Positions 9,776 through 20,141 are shown, numbered from the stretch's first letter. The stretch: DNA of 64,000 bases from Spirochaetia bacterium (GCA_965199955.1 CBDATQ010000001.1:1216001-1280000); one strand, 5' to 3'. A program made the numbers and translations. Notes: generated by a model from the sequence alone, not told the origin.

Positions 9776-10800
9776 GGCGCCGGTTCCCGGACCGTGCGGC
9801 GCAACTGGCCGCAGGCGGCGTCCACGCGGCGGCCCATCTCCTTGCGCGTGGTCACCGTCACGCCGTGGCCGGCGACGATGGCGGCGAAACGGCGGACCGC
9901 CCCCGCTTCGGGCTCGGCGAAGGGCAGTCCGGGAACCGGGTTGTACGGGATCAAGTTGACCTGCGACCCGCTGCCGGCCAGCAGCCGGCCCAGCGCCCCG
10001 GCATGGTGCGGCTCGGCGTTCCGCCCGGCGATCAGCGTGTACTCGTAGGTGACCCGCCTGCCGGTGGCGGCGAAATAGTCGTCGGCGGCCTCCATCAGCT
10101 CCGCGATCCCGTAGCGCTCGGCGACCGGCACCAGGCTCCGCCGTGTCTCGTCGTCGCTCGCGTGCAGGCTGATCGCCAGCCTCACCGGCAACCCGGTCGT
10201 CGCCAGGTCGCGGATGCGCGGCGCCAGGCCGACGGTGCTGACGGTGAGCCGGCGCGCGCCCAGGGCGATCCCGTCGGGATCGGTCAAGGCGCCGATCGCC
10301 TCGATGAGGCGGGGGAAGTTGGCCAGCGGCTCGCCCATGCCCATGAAGACGACGTTGGTCACCGGCCCGTGCGCGGCGGCGCAGAGCACCTGTGCCACCA
10401 TCTCCCCGGCGCTGAGGTTGCGCGTCACCCCGTCCAGTCCGGACGCGCAGAACGCGCACGCCATGCCGCATCCGACCTGGCTGGAGACGCAGACCGTGTG
10501 GCGGCCGCCGTCGCGGATCGACACCGCTTCGATCAGCTCGTCGTCCAGCGCGCGCAGCAGCAGCTTCACTGTCTGCCCGTCGGGTGTCGGGCGGCGCTGC
10601 TCAACGGTCAGCGGCGTGGCCGGCAGCTCGTCGCCCAGCCGGTCGCGCATGGCCGCCGGCAGGTTGGTCATCTCGCGGTAGTCGAGCACGCCCCGGCGCA
10701 GCAGGTGGGTACGGATCTGCCGAGCGCGGTAGGCGGGTTCGCCCAGGGAGGTGAGGCGCTCCGCGAGCGCGCCCTCGTCCAGATCCAGCGCCGAGGTCAT
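9772..10800 (-). CDS. rlmN: Dual-specificity RNA methyltransferase RlmN (radical SAM)
   Basis: CVSSQVGCGMACAFCASG (CxxxCxxC), VVFMGMGEPLAN, AISLHA, VNLIPYNP and C-terminal DAACGQL. Confidence 0.95.
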   Translation of the reverse strand: MTSALDLDEGALAERLTSLGEPAYRARQIRTHLLRRGVLDYREMTNLPAAMRDRLGDELPATPLTVEQRRPTPDGQTVKLLLRALDDELIEAVSIRDGGRHTVCVSSQVGCGMACAFCASGLDGVTRNLSAGEMVAQVLCAAAHGPVTNVVFMGMGEPLANFPRLIEAIGALTDPDGIALGARRLTVSTVGLAPRIRDLATTGLPVRLAISLHASDDETRRSLVPVAERYGIAELMEAADDYFAATGRRVTYEYTLIAGRNAEPHHAGALGRLLAGSGSQVNLIPYNPVPGLPFAEPEAGAVRRFAAIVAGHGVTVTTRKEMGRRVDAACGQLRRTVREPAP

Positions 10801-10875
10801 GGCTCCCCGAGTATGCACCGCGATGCGAGATTCCGTCCGCGTGCTGGCGTCGCGTCTTGCGGATGAGCGGGGCAT

Positions 10876-10891
10876 GTGCCACATGTAGCAC
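10876..10891. promoter_or_regulatory. Palindromic operator upstream of the Phd antitoxin
   Basis: GTGCcACATGTaGCAC near-perfect palindrome ending just before the antitoxin ATG. Confidence 0.55.
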
Positions 10892-10892
10892 G

Positions 10893-11171
10893 ATGAGTTC
10901 CGTCGGCGTCCGCGAGCTTCGGCAGCGGGCGAGCGATTACCTCCGCCGCGTCGAGCCGGGCGAGACCTTCGAGGTGACCAATCATGGCCGGCCGGTCGCG
11001 ATCCTGAGCCGGATTCCCGACGGTTCACCGCTGCAGCGGCTCCGTTCCGCGGGGGAAGTGATGGAGGCGCAGGGCTCGATGGACGATGCTCCCCCACCCC
11101 TCACGGCCGAACCCGGAGCCGAGCTGCCGTCAGCCCGGCTCGCACGGACCCGTGAAGGCGAGCGATCGTAG
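10893..11171 (+). CDS. Phd/YefM family antitoxin (orphan)
   Basis: VGVRELRQRASDYLRRVE.GETFEVTNHGRPVAIL. No toxin ORF follows. Confidence 0.88.
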   Translation: MSSVGVRELRQRASDYLRRVEPGETFEVTNHGRPVAILSRIPDGSPLQRLRSAGEVMEAQGSMDDAPPPLTAEPGAELPSARLARTREGERS

Positions 11172-11257
11172 CCGCGTCACCACTGCATCGCGTTGCGGGG
11201 CAGGGCGATTCGGCCTATGGTGACCGGAGCCCAGATTTCCATTTCATAGGATTCGCC

Positions 11258-12466
11258 ATGTCCGCTCAGAAAGTGCTCTGCGTCCTGTACGAGGACCCGG
11301 TGGGAGGATTCCCGCCCGACTACGCCCGCAACAGCATTCCCACCCTTCCCCAGTACCCGGACGGCCAGACGCTGCCGACGCCGGCCGGCATCGACTTCAC
11401 GCCCGGCCATCTGCTGGGCTCCGTGTCCGGCGGACTCGGCCTGGGGCCGTTCCTGGCCGAGCGAGGCCACCAGTTCGTGGTGACCTCGGACAAGGACGGA
11501 CCCGACTCGAAGTTCGAGAAGGAGTTGACCGACGCCGACGTGGTGATCTCTCAGCCCTTCTGGCCCGGCTATCTGACCGCCGAGCGGATCGCCAAGGCGC
11601 CCAACCTCAAGCTGGCCATCACCGCCGGCATCGGCTCCGACCACGTCGACCTGCAGTCGGCCATCGATCGGAACATCACCGTCTGCGAGGTGACGTGGTG
11701 CAACAGCATCAGCGTCGCCGAGCACGCGGTCATGCAGATGCTGGCGCTGGTGCGCGACTACATCCCGCAATACGGCTGGGTCGTCCGGGGCGGCTGGAAC
11801 ATCGCCGACGCCATCTCCCGCTCCTATGACATCGAGGGGATGGACGTGGGCGTGGTGGCGGCCGGCCGCATCGGCCTGGCGGTGCTCAAGCGGATGAAGC
11901 CGTTCGATGTCAACCTCCACTACACCGACCGTCACCGCCTGCCGGCGGACGTCGAGCAGGAGCTTGGCGCGACCTACCACGACAGTGTCGAGTCCCTGGT
12001 AGCCGCCTGCGACCTGGTGAGCATCCATTGCCCGCTGCACCCGGAGACCGAGCACATGTTCGACGACGCCCTGATCGCCAAGATGCGCCGCGGCTCGTAC
12101 CTGGTGAACACCGCGCGCGGCAAGATCTGCGACCGCGACGCGATCGTGCGCGCCCTGGAGAGCGGCCAGCTCGCCGGGTACGCCGGCGACGTCTGGTTCC
12201 CGCAGCCGCCGCCCAACGACCACCCGTGGCGTTCGATGCCCAACCACGCGCTGACGCCGCACACGTCCGGCACCTCGCTGTCCGCCCAGGCCCGCTACGC
12301 GGCCGGCGTCCGCGAGATCCTGGAGTGCTGGTTCGACGGCACGCCGATCCGGGACGAATACCTGATCGTGCAGGGCGGCGGACTGGCGGGCACGGGAGCC
12401 CACTCCTACAGCGAGGGCGACGCCACCGGCGGCTCGGAGGAAGCGGCCAAGTTCAAGTCCGGATAG
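11258..12466 (+). CDS. fdh: NAD-dependent formate dehydrogenase (metal-independent)
   Basis: KVLCVLYEDP, ISQPFWP, ITAGIGSDHVDL, AAGRIG, YTDRHRL, GDVWFPQP, TPHTSG and C-terminal GAHSYS...GGSEEAAKFK. Confidence 0.96.
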   Translation: MSAQKVLCVLYEDPVGGFPPDYARNSIPTLPQYPDGQTLPTPAGIDFTPGHLLGSVSGGLGLGPFLAERGHQFVVTSDKDGPDSKFEKELTDADVVISQPFWPGYLTAERIAKAPNLKLAITAGIGSDHVDLQSAIDRNITVCEVTWCNSISVAEHAVMQMLALVRDYIPQYGWVVRGGWNIADAISRSYDIEGMDVGVVAAGRIGLAVLKRMKPFDVNLHYTDRHRLPADVEQELGATYHDSVESLVAACDLVSIHCPLHPETEHMFDDALIAKMRRGSYLVNTARGKICDRDAIVRALESGQLAGYAGDVWFPQPPPNDHPWRSMPNHALTPHTSGTSLSAQARYAAGVREILECWFDGTPIRDEYLIVQGGGLAGTGAHSYSEGDATGGSEEAAKFKSG

Positions 12467-12469
12467 ACG

Positions 12470-12650
12470 ACGCCACTCGCCCGGCGACGTACCGACGAAG
12501 TCGACGCTCCTCCCTCCAGGAACTCACCGGCGGCGTGCGCGGGCACGACGAATGTCTCACCGCGATGCGCGGCGAGGAGCGTCCGAGCCCTCGACTCCGA
12601 CCCCGTCTTGGTCCGCCACAAATCGACCAGGAAGGTCGCGGCACCCGAAG
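12470..12650 (-). pseudogene. PIN-domain (VapC-like) toxin fragment
   Basis: ATFLVDLWR...ARTLLAAHRGETFVVPAHAAGEFLEG resembles a PIN N-terminal half. No start and no C-terminus. Confidence 0.45.
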
Positions 12651-12654
12651 AGAG

Positions 12655-13410
12655 TCGGCCACCTCCACGTCGCGCGCGGTGGCCACCCGCTCTTCCTCGC
12701 GCACGGCGGCCGAACGTGCCTGGTTCGCGGCGCGCTCGGCCTCGGACTGCGCCTTGGACCGTTCGGCGACGGCGATGGTGCGGTCCTGGTCGGGCAGCTC
12801 GATGGTCTTCTTCTGCTCGATGCGCGCGGTCTCCACCAGCCGGTCGCGCTCGATCTCGCGGTTGTTGACCGCCTGCTGCATGGAGATGCGCTGCTCTTCG
12901 ACGGTGCGCTCGGCGTCGATGTTGGCGATCTCCACCTGCCGCTTCGCCTGGATCTCGGCTTCCTGCGCGTCGCGGTTCTTGGACGCCTCCTCGATGGCGA
13001 TCTCCGCGGTCTGGTCGGCCTTGCGGACCGCGATCTCGCGCGCCTGGGCGAGCTGCGCGTACTCCTGGTCGCGGGCGACGTCGAGCTTCAGGCGCTCGGC
13101 GCGAGGTTCTTCGTGCGTACCTCCACCTCGGTGTCCTGCTCGAGGTCGTTGCGCGTCTTGCGGCGCGGCTCGATGGCCTCGTCAGGCGCGTGAGACCCTC
13201 CGCGTTCCGGGGGTTGAAGTGCTGGACGCTCGTCTGGTCGAGGCCGGTCAGCGACACCGACTCCAGCTCCAGGCCGTTCTTGAGCAGGTCGTCGGATACC
13301 ATCTGCTGCACGAAGTCGACGCGTTTCTCGTGCAGTTCCTCCATCGCCATCTCGGCGGCGACGGCGCGCAGCGCGTCGACGAACTTGCCCTCCACCAGCA
13401 CCTTGAGCTC
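12655..13410 (-). pseudogene. Flotillin (YqiK-like SPFH) internal fragment, frameshifted
   Basis: ELKVLVEGKFVDALRAVAAEM.MEELHEKR, DLLKNGLELESVSLTGLDQT, followed by an E/A-rich coiled coil in another frame. Confidence 0.85.
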
Positions 13411-13983
13411 ATCCGGCCTGCGGGTCGTCCGGCTCCACCATGACGTAGTGGGTATGGCCGTGCGCGTCGCGCAGCTTCGCCTGCGCGGCCTCACCCTGCC
13501 GCGCCGTGCCCAGGGTGACGGTCGCGACCAAGCCGACGAACGAGTCCTCCGTCACGGCGTCGGTTCTTCCATCGGGATCACGCGTGAGAGGACGCCGCCG
13601 GCCGCCCGCAGGAGCAGCAGGGAGCCCGCGGAGACGGCCGGCACGGCGATCCACGAGGGCAGGTAGGAGCCGAAGATTGCCTTGACCAGCCCCTGCAGCA
13701 CGATGCCGCCGAGTCCGAAGATCGTCAGGAAGGCGACCAGCAGCATCAGCAGGGGGACCTTCCCCACCTGCAGCCACCCAAGCACCTTCGTGAACGGCCC
13801 AAGGGCGGCCTCCGACACGTCGATCTCGGCGCTCGCGTCGGTGTCGGGCAGAAGGGACTGGAGATGTTCGGAGACGCTCGCGCCGATCAGAGCGCCCACG
13901 CCTTCGACCGCCGCGATCAGCAGCATCACGGCGAGCGACCCCGTGAAGGCGATGTTGCCGGCGTCCAGCAAGGCATCGATCAT
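13409..13983 (-). pseudogene. YqiJ/DUF1449 (NfeD-like) membrane protein, frameshifted and truncated
   Basis: LGWLQVGKVPLLMLLVAFLTIFG, then in a shifted frame SFVGLVATVTLGTARQG.AAQAKLRDAHGHTHYVMVEPD. Lies upstream of the flotillin fragment as in yqiJK. Confidence 0.82.
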
Positions 13984-14004
13984 GGGTGTCCACGTTCACA
14001 GCAC

Positions 14005-14040
14005 ACGCAATGAGTACGCCATATACGCAATGAGTACGCC
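14005..14040. repeat. 16-bp direct repeat with 20-bp period
   Basis: ACGCAATGAGTACGCC at 14005-14020 and 14025-14040, upstream of yqiJ. Confidence 0.85.
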
Positions 14041-14072
14041 TTGAAAGCCACTCGTGACGCGCGAAGCGTGCA

Positions 14073-15518
14073 TCACGATGCGGAGGCGGCCTTGAGCTCC
14101 TGGAGGCGCTGCGCCTCGGGATGGTCCTTGTAGAAGGGGTCCAGCGGAAAGCAGCCGGAGATCAGCCCCTTGCGCGGCGCGGTGGTGCAGTCGCTGAACG
14201 TGCGGCAGATGCGCTTGCGGGCGAGCGGCTGGCCGGCCAGCACGTCGTGCGGAAGGTCGGGGTAGGAAAGCATCATGCGGCCGAGGCCGACCGAATCGAC
14301 CTGCCCGCGGCTGACAACCTCGGCCGCGACGGCGGGCAGCCACTCCTGCAGGTAGCTGTAGGCGGACCCCACGAAGGTCAGCGCCGGGAAGCGCCGCTTC
14401 AACTCGCGCACGACGTCGATCTGGCGCGCCACGCCGACCAGCGGATCCTCGGGCGGCTGGTAGCCGTCGGACGGCGGGAACAACGCCGGGCGCTGCAGGT
14501 GCGGCGTGTAGTAGGGGCTGCCGGCGGTGATGTTGACCAGCGGGATTTCGAGCCGCTGCAGCAACTCCAGGAAGGCGAACGTTTCGGTGAGATCCAGCGC
14601 GGTCGGGTCGTCCTGGGAGACGCCGAAGCCCGAACGGTAGGGTAGTGCCACCGACGTCGGCTCCCCCGTTCCGTCGTCTCCCGACGGCTGGAAGGGCACG
14701 GTGTCGAAGGCGCTGAGCCGCACACCGATCAGGAGCCCCGGCGCGCGGCTGCGCAGGCCGGCGACCACCTCGCGCAGGAAGCGCGTGCGGTGCTCGAAGT
14801 CCCCGCCGAACCGGCCGGTGCGATCGCGGCAGCCCAGCAGCTCGTGGCCGAAGTAGCCGTGGCAGTGCTTGACGTCCACGAACTCGTAGCCGGCCTGTTG
14901 GGCGAGCACGCCCGAGGCGATGAAGCGATCGACCAGCGCCTCGATTTCCTCGTCGGTGGCCAGGGGATGGTCGCCGGCGATCCCGAAGCGCTGATCGAGG
15001 ATGGGATGCCGCGCCGGGAGCCACGGCTCGGAACGCGCCTTGTCCGTGGGCTTGCAGAACCGCCCGGAATGGGTGAGCTGCAGGCCGACCAGCAGGTCGT
15101 CGGCGGTGCCGTAGCGCTGCCGGTGCTCGTCGACCAGCGTGCGGCGCAGGCCGACCAGGTCGTCGATGGTGTCCTCGCCGATGCGGAGCTGGTTCGGGTT
15201 GGCGCGGCCGGCGTGCTCGACGGCCACCGCCTCGCATCCCCATACGAGCTTGGCGCCGCTGCGGCCGAAGGCGCGCCAGCGCCGCTCGACCAGGTCCGAG
15301 GGCCTCCCGTCGGCGGTTCCGTCCCATCCCTCCATGGGCTGCACGCAGAAACGATTGCCCACGGTCCGGCCGTCCGGAAGGGTCAGAGGCTGGGACAGCG
15401 GCCCGGCAGTATCGCCCTCGGCGAACGGAAGTTGCTCGGTGATGCCGAGCTGGTCCAGGTGCTCGGCGAAATGCTCCGCGGACTTCAGCGATGCGACGCG
15501 ACGATACTTAGGTGCCAC
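14073..15518 (-). CDS. NADH:flavin oxidoreductase (Old Yellow Enzyme-like)
   Basis: [57 protein letters not shown] and C-terminal CRTFSDC..C. Confidence 0.85.
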   Translation of the reverse strand: MAPKYRRVASLKSAEHFAEHLDQLGITEQLPFAEGDTAGPLSQPLTLPDGRTVGNRFCVQPMEGWDGTADGRPSDLVERRWRAFGRSGAKLVWGCEAVAVEHAGRANPNQLRIGEDTIDDLVGLRRTLVDEHRQRYGTADDLLVGLQLTHSGRFCKPTDKARSEPWLPARHPILDQRFGIAGDHPLATDEEIEALVDRFIASGVLAQQAGYEFVDVKHCHGYFGHELLGCRDRTGRFGGDFEHRTRFLREVVAGLRSRAPGLLIGVRLSAFDTVPFQPSGDDGTGEPTSVALPYRSGFGVSQDDPTALDLTETFAFLELLQRLEIPLVNITAGSPYYTPHLQRPALFPPSDGYQPPEDPLVGVARQIDVVRELKRRFPALTFVGSAYSYLQEWLPAVAAEVVSRGQVDSVGLGRMMLSYPDLPHDVLAGQPLARKRICRTFSDCTTAPRKGLISGCFPLDPFYKDHPEAQRLQELKAASAS

Positions 15519-15613
15519 GCCGCCACTCTGACCAGGATCGGCGGACCTCCGCAACGCCAGCGCCGACAGTTGCGGGCGCGGCGATGCGTGCGGCACCCTT
15601 GGCGGGGGTGCAG

Positions 15614-16456
15614 ATGACCGAGGACGAGAGATACCTGTTCGACATCAACGGCTACATCGTCGTCCGCGAAGCGCTGTCGGCGGACGACATCGCGCTGGCC
15701 AACGACGCCATCGACCGACATACGGAAGAGATCCGCGTGCGGCTCGGCGAGCTCTCGCTCTCCGGCGGCTCGGAGGCGCTGAGGGGCAGCACCGGCCGCG
15801 GCGACCTGGACGGCGCGCTGACGTGGGAGGAGCCGTACGGCCGCCCGTTCCGGGACATGCTGGTCAACCGCACGGTCGTGCCCTACCTGGATGAGCTGCT
15901 GGGCACGGGGTTCCGGCTCGACCACAACCTCGGCATCCTGACCATGAGCAAGGGCGCCGAGGGCCACGTGCTGCACGGATCGTCCGGACCCGCTTTCGAC
16001 CGCCACCAGTACTACATCGTGCGCGAAGGCAGGATGCACAACGGACTGACCGTGGTCGCCTACCAGCTCACCGACATCAACCCCGGCGACGGCGGCCTGT
16101 GCGTCGTACCCGGCAGCCACAAGGGCAACTTCCCGTGTCCGGAAGCCATGCGCCACGGCGAGGCGTACGGCGAGTTCGTGAAGCAGATCACCTGCAAGGC
16201 CGGGGACTGCGTGATCTTCACCGAGGCGGTCACCCACGGCACGCTGCCGTGGACGGCCGACCACCCGCGGCGCACGGCGCTTTTCCGGTTCTCGCCCGGC
16301 AACATGGCCTACGTCCCGCACGCGTGGCCGGCGGAGATGCTGGCGATGATGAGCCCCGAACAGCGGCTGGTCATGGAACCGCCCTACCACCCGCGCCTGA
16401 ACCGGCCAGCCCTGCCGTTGGAAGGCGAGCCGGCAGCCGACGGGTCAGCGCGATGA
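15614..16456 (+). CDS. Phytanoyl-CoA dioxygenase (PhyH) family Fe(II)/2OG enzyme
   Basis: [24 protein letters not shown] and [15 protein letters not shown]. Confidence 0.85.
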   Translation: MTEDERYLFDINGYIVVREALSADDIALANDAIDRHTEEIRVRLGELSLSGGSEALRGSTGRGDLDGALTWEEPYGRPFRDMLVNRTVVPYLDELLGTGFRLDHNLGILTMSKGAEGHVLHGSSGPAFDRHQYYIVREGRMHNGLTVVAYQLTDINPGDGGLCVVPGSHKGNFPCPEAMRHGEAYGEFVKQITCKAGDCVIFTEAVTHGTLPWTADHPRRTALFRFSPGNMAYVPHAWPAEMLAMMSPEQRLVMEPPYHPRLNRPALPLEGEPAADGSAR

Positions 16457-17262
16457 GCGAGCAGGCGCGCACCGCGCTGGTCACCGGCGGCAGCCGGGGC
16501 CTGGGCCGCGGCGTGGCGATCGCGCTGGCCGCCGATGGCTTCTCGGTGGCGATCTGCTACCGCAGCGACGAGGCGGCAGCGCGGGAGACGCTCGCGGTCT
16601 GCTGCGGCAAGGCCGAGGAGCGCATGGCGGCAGGCTCGCCGGCAGGGCAGCGGTTCACGGCGCACCGCGCGGACGTGGCCAGCGCCGCCGACCGGCAGCG
16701 GCTGGTCGACGAGGTGCATTCCGAGTACGGCGACATCGACGCGCTGGTCAACAACGCCGGCATCGCGCCGCGGCGGCGCGACGACCTGGTCGAGGCCACC
16801 GAGCAGTCGTTCGACGAGGTGCTGCGGGTGAACCTGACCGGCCCCCACTTCCTGACGCAGGCGGTGGCGCGTCGCTGGCTGGAAACGGAGGCGCGCCCGG
16901 GGTACCCACGCAGCGTCGTGTTCGTGACCTCGATCTCGGCCGAGTACGCCTCCACCGCGCGCGGCGAGTACTGCATCTCCAAGGCCGGCCTGTCGATGTC
17001 GCGCGAGCTGTGGGCGGCTCGGCTCGCCGAGGAGGACATCGCCGTCTACGAGGTGCGCCCCGGCATCATGCGCACCGACATGACCGCGGCGGTGACCGCC
17101 AAGTACGACGCGCTGATCGCGGGCGGCCTGGTCCCGCAGCGGCGTTGGGGCACGGCCGAGGACGTCGGCTCCGCGGTGGCGTCGCTCCTGTCGGGAGCGT
17201 TCCCCTTCTCGCAGGGCACGGTCATCGACGTCGACGGCGGCTTCCGCCTGAAGCGCCTGTAG
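16453..17262 (+). CDS. Short-chain dehydrogenase/reductase (3-ketoacyl-ACP reductase-like)
   Basis: TGGSRGLG, LVNNAG, YCISK, VRPG and IDVDGG. ATGA overlap with the upstream gene. Confidence 0.9.
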   Translation: MSEQARTALVTGGSRGLGRGVAIALAADGFSVAICYRSDEAAARETLAVCCGKAEERMAAGSPAGQRFTAHRADVASAADRQRLVDEVHSEYGDIDALVNNAGIAPRRRDDLVEATEQSFDEVLRVNLTGPHFLTQAVARRWLETEARPGYPRSVVFVTSISAEYASTARGEYCISKAGLSMSRELWAARLAEEDIAVYEVRPGIMRTDMTAAVTAKYDALIAGGLVPQRRWGTAEDVGSAVASLLSGAFPFSQGTVIDVDGGFRLKRL

Positions 17263-17339
17263 GGAGCGAGTAAGGCAGCGGAGCCCAGGGTTGCTCCCAG
17301 CTCACGCGGTCCGCGTTGGCGCGGGCACATCGGGGCGTG

Positions 17340-17755
17340 TGGCTGTCGCTGATACCGTGCTGTGTCCAAGCACGCCGAGCGTGGAGGCCAGGATCCTCAA
17401 CGCCACGCGCAAGGCGCCGACCGATGGCGCCACGCACTGGAGCACGCGCCGCCTGGCAGCGAAGCTGGGCGTGTCGCACATGATGGTGGCGCGGGTATGG
17501 AGCAAGCACCGGCTGCAGCCGCACCGGTTGGGGCGCTACATGAGCTCCAACGATCCGGACTTCGAGCAGAAGGCGGCCGTTTGCGAAGATCTCGCGCGAC
17601 GTGATCACCCGCGGAGTGTTCAGTTCGGTGGCGGATCTGAAGAGCAAGCTGATGAGATACATCCGCGAATACAACAAGAATCCGCGGGTCGTGAAGTGGC
17701 ATTACGTTGATCCGTCACGCATATCGGTGCATTAATGCTCGTTACAGTCCATTAG
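17340..17755 (+). mobile_element. IS630-family remnant (HTH fused to the C-terminus, DDE domain deleted)
   Basis: PTDGATHWSTRRLAAKLGVSHMMVARVW...SNDPDFEQKA is joined to RGVFSSVADLKSKLMRYIREYNKNPR.VKWHY. Putative right end GTTACAGTCCATTAG. Confidence 0.85.
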
Positions 17756-17906
17756 CAAGAATGCGAACCCGCGTCAAGGCGGGGCCTGTTCCGCTGAAGG
17801 TGTGGCAGATGCAGATGCGGGCTGTAGCAGTGGCTGCCGGTGGCGATGGCTCCGACGTCTGGTACGCCGCTGCACGGCACATGGGGTATGTTGGTGAGCA
17901 GGAACC

Positions 17907-19325
17907 ATGCAGATTGACATGAAGGTGAACGCCGCGGACCTGGCGGACGCGGCGCACGAGGTATTCGAGGCCGCCGCCGGCAAGGTGCGGAGCATCTACG
18001 AGACCAGGGACCCGAGCAGCGGCGCCCCGGTCTACACGGTCGCCGGCCGCTACACGCAGCGCGGCTGGACGGAGTGGACCGAGGGCTTCCAGTACGGCTG
18101 CGCCCTGCTGGCGTTCGACGGTGCCGGCGACGACGAGTTGCTGGAGCTGAGCCGGCGGCAGACCTGGGAGCACATGGCGCCGCACCTGAGCCACGTGGGC
18201 GTGCACGACCACGGCTTCAACACCATGAGCACGTACGGGAACCTGCTCCGGTTGGCCCGCGAAGGCCGCTGGCAGGCGAGCGACGGGGACGTCGAGGCGT
18301 GCCGCGTCGCGATCAAGGTCTCCGGCGCCGTGCAGGCGGCGCGCTGGACTACGCTTCCGGACGAGCTTGGCTACGTCTACTCGTTCAACGGGCCGCATTC
18401 GCTGTTCATCGATACCATCCGCTCGATGCGCGTGCTGGCCGCCGCGCACGACCTTGGCCATGTCCTGATGGGCGAGCGCGACCGCCGCATATCGCTGCTC
18501 GGCCGGGCGCTCCGGCACGCGGAGACCACGGCCCGCCATAACGTGTACTACGGCGACGGGCGAGACTCCTACGACATCGCCGGCCGGGTCGCGCATGAGT
18601 CGATCTTCAACACCAACGACGGCAGCTACCGCTGCCCGAGCACCCAGCAGGGATACTCGCCGTTCTCCACCTGGACCCGTGGGCTGGCCTGGGCCGTGCT
18701 CGGCTATCCGGAGCTGCTGGAGATGCTGGAGTGGTGCGATCCGGGCGACGTGGCCGAGCTGGCCGTCCCGTCGATGGAGTCGGTGGCGTCGGCAAGCGCG
18801 CGGCTGCTGCACGTGGCGCGGGCGACCGCCGACTTCCTGATCGACCACTCGGCCAGCGACGGGATCCCGTATTGGGACACCGGCGCGCCCGGTCTGGCCC
18901 AGCTCGGCGACTGGCGCAGCCGGCCGGCCGAGCCCGACAATCCGGCCGAGCCGGTGGACTCGTCGGCGGCGGCAATCGGGGCGCAGGGGTTGCTGCGCCT
19001 GGGCGCCCTGCTGGCCGGCAGCGACGACGAGGCGGCGCGGCGCTACACGCAGGCCGGCCTGACCATGGCCCGCACCCTGTTCGCGGCTCCCTATCTGTCG
19101 GAGGACCCGGGTCACCAGGGCCTGCTGCTGCACGCGGTCTACCACCGCCCCAACGGCTGGGACCACGTGCCGGACGGCAGCGCCGTTCCGAACGGCGAGG
19201 CGTGCATGTGGGGCGACTACCACCTGCTGGAGCTGGCGGTGCTCGTGCAGCGCCTGGGCCGCGGCGGCCGACTCACCTGGCTGTCCCCGCGCGCCGGCGC
19301 CGCCGACCGCGGGACGGCCGCCTGA
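17907..19325 (+). CDS. Glycoside hydrolase family 88-like (unsaturated glucuronyl hydrolase)
   Basis: WTEGF, HDHGF, FIDT, QGYS..STWTRGLAWAVLG, IPYWD, DSSAAAI and WGDYHLLE. Confidence 0.82.
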   Translation: MQIDMKVNAADLADAAHEVFEAAAGKVRSIYETRDPSSGAPVYTVAGRYTQRGWTEWTEGFQYGCALLAFDGAGDDELLELSRRQTWEHMAPHLSHVGVHDHGFNTMSTYGNLLRLAREGRWQASDGDVEACRVAIKVSGAVQAARWTTLPDELGYVYSFNGPHSLFIDTIRSMRVLAAAHDLGHVLMGERDRRISLLGRALRHAETTARHNVYYGDGRDSYDIAGRVAHESIFNTNDGSYRCPSTQQGYSPFSTWTRGLAWAVLGYPELLEMLEWCDPGDVAELAVPSMESVASASARLLHVARATADFLIDHSASDGIPYWDTGAPGLAQLGDWRSRPAEPDNPAEPVDSSAAAIGAQGLLRLGALLAGSDDEAARRYTQAGLTMARTLFAAPYLSEDPGHQGLLLHAVYHRPNGWDHVPDGSAVPNGEACMWGDYHLLELAVLVQRLGRGGRLTWLSPRAGAADRGTAA

Positions 19326-19343
19326 CGACGGGCGGGAGACGAC

Positions 19344-20141
19344 ATGAGACGGTTGAGTGCGATCGCGACAGGAGTTGTATTGATGTTCGGAGCATCCATG
19401 GCAGGCGCCAGCGGTCTGGGCGAGGAAGGGTCGGGCGCCCTGGTCACGGAACGCCTTGCCCTTTCGGGGTTCACCGGGATCGAGGTTGGCGGTTCCTGGG
19501 AGGTCACCGTGCGGCCCGGTCCATACGACGTGCAGGTCACCGTCGACGACAACGTGGTCGACGATCTGCGGGTCGAAGTACGCGGCGACGCGCTGTACTT
19601 CGGGTTGCGGCCGCAGGTGAGACTGCGGCGCGTGACGCTGCGCGCGCAGGTGACCATGCCGGCGCTCGATGCCGTCGGGGTGAGCGGCAGCGGAGACGCG
19701 ACCTTCTCGGACTTCGAGAGTCCGGCGCTGCGGCTCAGGGTGACGGGCTCCGGCGACGTGGAGGGCTCGGGGATCTCCGTGGGCGTCCTCGATGCCGGGA
19801 TCTCGGGCTCCGGCGACATCACGCTGGAGGGCTGCGCAAGCGAATCCGCCGGGGTGTCGATCACCGGCTCCGGCGACGTGACGCTGCGCGGAGCGTCCGA
19901 TGAGCAGCCAACCGGCTCCGTGACGCTGCAGATCAGCGGCTCCGGCAGCGCCGACCTCGACGGATGTGCGTTCGCCTCTGCAAACGTCCGAATCACCGGC
20001 TCCGGATCGGGGACGCTGACGCTGGGCAGCGGCGACCTCGCTGGCAGCATCTCCGGCTCCGGCGAGGTGCGCTACCGCGGCTCTCCCGCGCGGGTGGACG
20101 TGCGCACCACGGGCTCCGGCCGCATGATCAAGGACGGCTGA
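19344..20141 (+). CDS. DUF2807 (GIN head domain) secreted beta-helix protein
   Basis: Signal peptide, FTGIEVGGSWEV, repeated (S/T)GSG(D/S) units and C-terminal VRYRGSP...GSG.I. Confidence 0.85.
   Translation: MRRLSAIATGVVLMFGASMAGASGLGEEGSGALVTERLALSGFTGIEVGGSWEVTVRPGPYDVQVTVDDNVVDDLRVEVRGDALYFGLRPQVRLRRVTLRAQVTMPALDAVGVSGSGDATFSDFESPALRLRVTGSGDVEGSGISVGVLDAGISGSGDITLEGCASESAGVSITGSGDVTLRGASDEQPTGSVTLQISGSGSADLDGCAFASANVRITGSGSGTLTLGSGDLAGSISGSGEVRYRGSPARVDVRTTGSGRMIKDG

Noticed and set aside
8483..10471. 662-aa extended DadA
   Set aside because: The extension is an off-frame read of rlmN, and the real start is GTG 9775.
10893..12650. Orphan antitoxin and PIN fragment as one vapBC operon interrupted by fdh
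   Set aside because: They lie on opposite strands, and the PIN piece is joined to the flotillin scar.
19660..20120. Repeated GGCTCCGGC units as a DNA repeat element
   Set aside because: They are explained by the protein-level GSG beta-helix repeats of DUF2807.
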